A DNA stretch of 64,000 nucleotides, taken from contig CP046106.1 in NCBI GenBank assembly GCA_013343275.1, positions 851,887 through 915,886 on the forward strand. Direction: 5' to 3'. Both the position numbers and the translations under genes were made by a program. This DNA comes from Candidatus Nanohaloarchaea archaeon. Its GTDB lineage: Archaea; Nanohalarchaeota; Nanosalinia; Nanosalinales; Nanosalinaceae. Positions 60,759 through 64,000 of the stretch are shown here, one piece after another. The notes beneath the pieces were generated by a model, which was given only the letters and a program-made list of their open reading frames with translations, made no database searches and was not told the origin of the DNA. Position 1 is the stretch's first letter, and every line of letters starts with the position of its first letter.

Positions 60759-60812
60759 GGTAATTTAGTAGGGTAAAAAGCACACCTTAATGGTAATTTA
60801 GTAGGGTAAAAA
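60759..60812. repeat. 21-bp direct repeat pair
   Basis: GGTAATTTAGTAGGGTAAAAA at 60759-60779 and 60792-60812. Confidence 0.85.
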
Positions 60813-61061
60813 CAACTCTTTCCCGTACTGGAGATCCTCCTCAAGCTCTTCCTCAGTGTAATGCCTTTCAATCTCTCTATCAGCTAGAATCTCCTGAAAC
60901 CGGTCGTGAGAGACATCTGCCAGTTGACGTGCCTTACCAAAAGAAAGAGCGCCACGACTGTAAAGAGAAACCGCTAACTCAACCTTCAACTCCTTATCCT
61001 TCTCCCTATCAGGAATCCTGATAGACTCGAAAACATCCTCAGGAATATCAACGACAGACAT
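60798..61061 (-). CDS. UPF0175 family antitoxin-like protein
   Basis: ELAVSLY..GALSFGKARQLA...EELEEDL. Confidence 0.85.
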   Translation of the reverse strand: MSVVDIPEDVFESIRIPDREKDKELKVELAVSLYSRGALSFGKARQLADVSHDRFQEILADREIERHYTEEELEEDLQYGKELFLPY

Positions 61062-61168
61062 ACCTTAAACAGTTAACGGAAAGTCAGCAGAAAGATACTC
61101 AGTCAAGTCAAATAAGAAAAGAAGAAAGAGAGGCCCTGATATTTAAGGCCCTCTCAAAGATGGAGAAC

Positions 61169-64000
61169 TTATTGTACTAGTTCTCCTGTGTTGGTGTTGA
61201 CCTGTGCGGTCGTCTTACCTTCAAGTGCTGAAGCACCCTGGTTCTCGACAAGGTAATCTGCAGCAGCTGAAGTGTCCTCAGCATTCCAACCAGCAACAAC
61301 TAGAGCCGTGTTGCCGTTGAAAGCATTGTTCACCAAGTCAAGGACACCAACGTCCTTGTTGTTCTCGTACTGCGTTGCATTCCAGGTATCTCCCTGAGAT
61401 GCAAGATCAGCTGTGAGATCGTTGACAAGAGGCCCACCGACCAGAACCAAGTTCTGATCCTTAGAAGCCTCCGTATCTAGCTGAGCAGTACTAGCAGGCC
61501 ATCCAGTAGGACTCATAACCTGCCCACTGGAAGAACCTTCACCAACAGCACCGAAAGCAGCCATCTGATAACGCTGCTCATCCGGATAGGTGACTGTAGC
61601 TGAGGAATCAGAGTCAAGCTCTACAGCTGAACCCCAGTTAGTCAACGTGGAGTCACCATCATCAGTGTCTGTCAGAGTACTACCTCCGTCGACGTTAACC
61701 TGATTGATGTTGGTATCTCCACCGCTCATGTAATCAACTACTACATCATTACTGTTACCGCCATCTTCCTCGGTAACAACCAAGTTGCTGTTGCCTGAAG
61801 TCCAGTCAAGAACTGCGCCATACTGGGTTGTCAGCTTGTCATCTGCATTGGAAATTTCAATGGCCTCGTAAGTGCTTGTGTCTCCGTCTGTATCTACGAA
61901 GTTTGGTGCAACTGAGAACCCATATCCGGAGTCTACGCTATTGCTAGAAGAAGCTGTTCCTGCGTAGTCATAGATTCCAAAGCTCACAGCTTGGCTGTTA
62001 TAGTTGAAGACGTTGTTGTTCCTTCCAGCATAGTCGAGGCCCTGACTGCCTAGGCTAGAACTTGCTGCTGTTGTATCTACGCTTGTAATGTCTAGTGTGG
62101 CGTCAGCTACATCGATAGAATTGGTTGTCCCCGAACCGCTTTCAATGTTTTCTACGGCAATGTTGACTTGATCGTAGTCGTTCTCAATGTCTAAGGTTCC
62201 TGTTTCTGACTTTGACGTTCCAGAGGCAGTCTCTATTGTATAGGTCCGCTGACTGGTGTCTGTAGCGGCCTGATTGTCTCCGATAGTCACATCTAGAGTT
62301 AAGGTGGTTGCTCCTGTACCGCCAACTCCTCCACTAGGAACGGTGTAGGTTACGGTTTCTGCTATACCATCACTGGATCCTGCTGAAACCATAAATTTGA
62401 CTTGGTCGCCTTGTTCAAGATCTCCAGTTCCTTCAAAAGTAATCTCTCCTGAAATTTCTACGTCTTCATAGTTCAGCTCACTTGCTACTTGGTTGAAGTT
62501 GTCTACCTTTAAGCTGCTGATTTGGCTATTTTGGCTGATGGTTTTATGGCTGCTTCCTGGGTTGAAGTAGATCTCTTGATCTTCAGTTGGTTCGCCTGCA
62601 ACTAAGTCTCCTACTGCGAGGCCGGTTCCAGAAAGCTTTGTTGATCCGTCTTGTGCTCCTGTTGAGGTCGTGCCACTTGGGCTGAATGTGTGTTCGAAGT
62701 TCTGATACTCTACTGTGACTTCTGCGTTGTTCTGATCGCCAGATTGGAAGTCTGTGATGTGTAGAGGTACATATCCTTCGTCTGACTTGATTCCTGTGGT
62801 GACATCGTCAGATGAAATGTCGTTTCCGTTGTCAAGTTCGCTCATGTCGACGGATGCGTCGAAGCTCTGTGCGTCGGTGAAGTCTACTTCTCCTCCGGAA
62901 GAGATTCCGATTTCTGTTGTGGCTTCGTTGGTTAGGCCTTGGTTGGTTACGTTGAAGTAGCCGTTTGGTCCTTCGAAAGCCTGTCCTGTCTCTACATATC
63001 CGATCTCGTCTTCGTCTTCAGGTTCGTCTACTGTCTTGACCTGGTTGGTTAGCTTGATGGACTGTAGAGAGTCAGCTGAGTTGGAAGGTGTCTGTGTTCC
63101 CAGGCTCTGGACTTTGTAGTCGTTGTCCATTGGGAACTCTTCTCCACTTTCCAGTGTGGTGTCTGTGTAGGTGGACTCTAGTGTAATGTCTGTCTGTCCG
63201 TCTGCGTAGAAGATGACAGATTCAGCAGATACTGTGAAGTCTTCGTTGTCAACAGTGATTTCTTCTCCTTCGTTAAGTGATTTTGTGTCGAGAACTTCTT
63301 CTCCTTCGCTTACTCGGACTACTACTTCTGCAGGATCGGATTCTGTCTTTCCTGTTACTTCTACTGTGTATGGTCCGTGTGTGAAGCTGTCTCCTACTTT
63401 GACGCTTTTCTCCATTGAGGAGCCGAGTTCTACCTGTCCGTCTTCAATATTGGTCAGTTCGTACTCTTCTCCTAGAAGTGTAACTGTGTCGTTGACTGAG
63501 AATCCTGGACTGTAAGTTACTGTGTAGTCAACAGAGTTTGCGTTTACAGCAATGTCTGTTGTTGTCCCGTTGATTCTGGATGTTACTCCGTCTCCGATTG
63601 ATGCGGATTCTGTGACGAATACGTCGTTTCCGTCGTCGTCTTCGACTGTTTTTCTGACAAATCCTGAGTAGTCAGAAGCGTCGATTGTCAGAGAGCTGGA
63701 ACCTCCGTTAAGCTCAGTTCCTACTGTTACTTCGTCTAGTGCTTCGCCGTTTACTGCTCCTGCTGTTCCTTCTACTGTTTCTGAGGAGAAGGCGGAGTTT
63801 CCTAGCTGTCCAGCAATGTCGATTGCTGATACTACGTCTGCCTGTTTGCCGTCGCTTCCTACTACGACGGATGCGTCTACGTTTCCGTTATCATCTACAA
63901 ATGGGTGTGGGTAATCTGCAAGCGTGTAGCTGTTTCCACTGGACCCACCGTGGGAGCTTGCTGCTGCTAGACCGGCTGCGCCGGTTAGCGTTGCTCCTAC
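61169..64000 (-). CDS. S-layer protein paralog (5' end outside window)
   Basis: Frame continues to the window edge (VGATLTGAAG..DYPHPFV..DVVSAIDIA); C-domain near-identical to 55126-59238. Confidence 0.88.
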   Translation of the reverse strand, partial: VGATLTGAAGLAAASSHGGSSGNSYTLADYPHPFVDDNGNVDASVVVGSDGKQADVVSAIDIAGQLGNSAFSSETVEGTAGAVNGEALDEVTVGTELNGGSSSLTIDASDYSGFVRKTVEDDDGNDVFVTESASIGDGVTSRINGTTTDIAVNANSVDYTVTYSPGFSVNDTVTLLGEEYELTNIEDGQVELGSSMEKSVKVGDSFTHGPYTVEVTGKTESDPAEVVVRVSEGEEVLDTKSLNEGEEITVDNEDFTVSAESVIFYADGQTDITLESTYTDTTLESGEEFPMDNDYKVQSLGTQTPSNSADSLQSIKLTNQVKTVDEPEDEDEIGYVETGQAFEGPNGYFNVTNQGLTNEATTEIGISSGGEVDFTDAQSFDASVDMSELDNGNDISSDDVTTGIKSDEGYVPLHITDFQSGDQNNAEVTVEYQNFEHTFSPSGTTSTGAQDGSTKLSGTGLAVGDLVAGEPTEDQEIYFNPGSSHKTISQNSQISSLKVDNFNQVASELNYEDVEISGEITFEGTGDLEQGDQVKFMVSAGSSDGIAETVTYTVPSGGVGGTGATTLTLDVTIGDNQAATDTSQRTYTIETASGTSKSETGTLDIENDYDQVNIAVENIESGSGTTNSIDVADATLDITSVDTTAASSSLGSQGLDYAGRNNNVFNYNSQAVSFGIYDYAGTASSSNSVDSGYGFSVAPNFVDTDGDTSTYEAIEISNADDKLTTQYGAVLDWTSGNSNLVVTEEDGGNSNDVVVDYMSGGDTNINQVNVDGGSTLTDTDDGDSTLTNWGSAVELDSDSSATVTYPDEQRYQMAAFGAVGEGSSSGQVMSPTGWPASTAQLDTEASKDQNLVLVGGPLVNDLTADLASQGDTWNATQYENNKDVGVLDLVNNAFNGNTALVVAGWNAEDTSAAADYLVENQGASALEGKTTAQVNTNTGELVQ

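Noticed and set aside
60759-60812. CRISPR mini-array
   Set aside because: Only two 21-bp copies separated by 12 bp

Overview
A 64-kb chromosomal segment of a halophilic DPANN archaeon, most likely Nanohaloarchaeota. This call rests on the extremely acidic proteins, compact and largely leaderless genes, archaeal 16S/23S rRNA, Alba, Top6A/B and FEN1. Housekeeping content: an end-of-operon cluster of type IV pilin-like genes, gpmI, fen1, aEF-1beta, msrB, NMD3, aIF-1A-RIO1-Dim2-top6B-top6A, dys, argS, agmatinase, Sec61beta, RNase P RNA, separately promoted 23S and 16S rRNA genes, 8 tRNAs (one with an intron), a lipoate-ligase/PduO cluster, a three-gene ATP-citrate-lyase system, two MFS paralogs, rpl18e-rpl13-rps9-rpoN and two S-layer paralogs. 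Most notable signals: (1) a roughly ten-fold over-represented palindrome AGGCCT (HIP1-like); (2) an unannotated dual-guide C/D box sRNA whose guides match the 23S peptidyl-transferase centre, including the Um2552 site; (3) a stand-alone LanKC/OspF-type lyase domain beside an att-flanked AT-rich mini-island at tRNA-Leu that carries a gluzincin and an integrase-like remnant; (4) S-layer paralogs with unrelated passenger domains in different loops of one scaffold; (5) an orphan structured ncRNA candidate; (6) an RNase P RNA with extra helices. All calls come from reading the sequence by eye; no searches were run.
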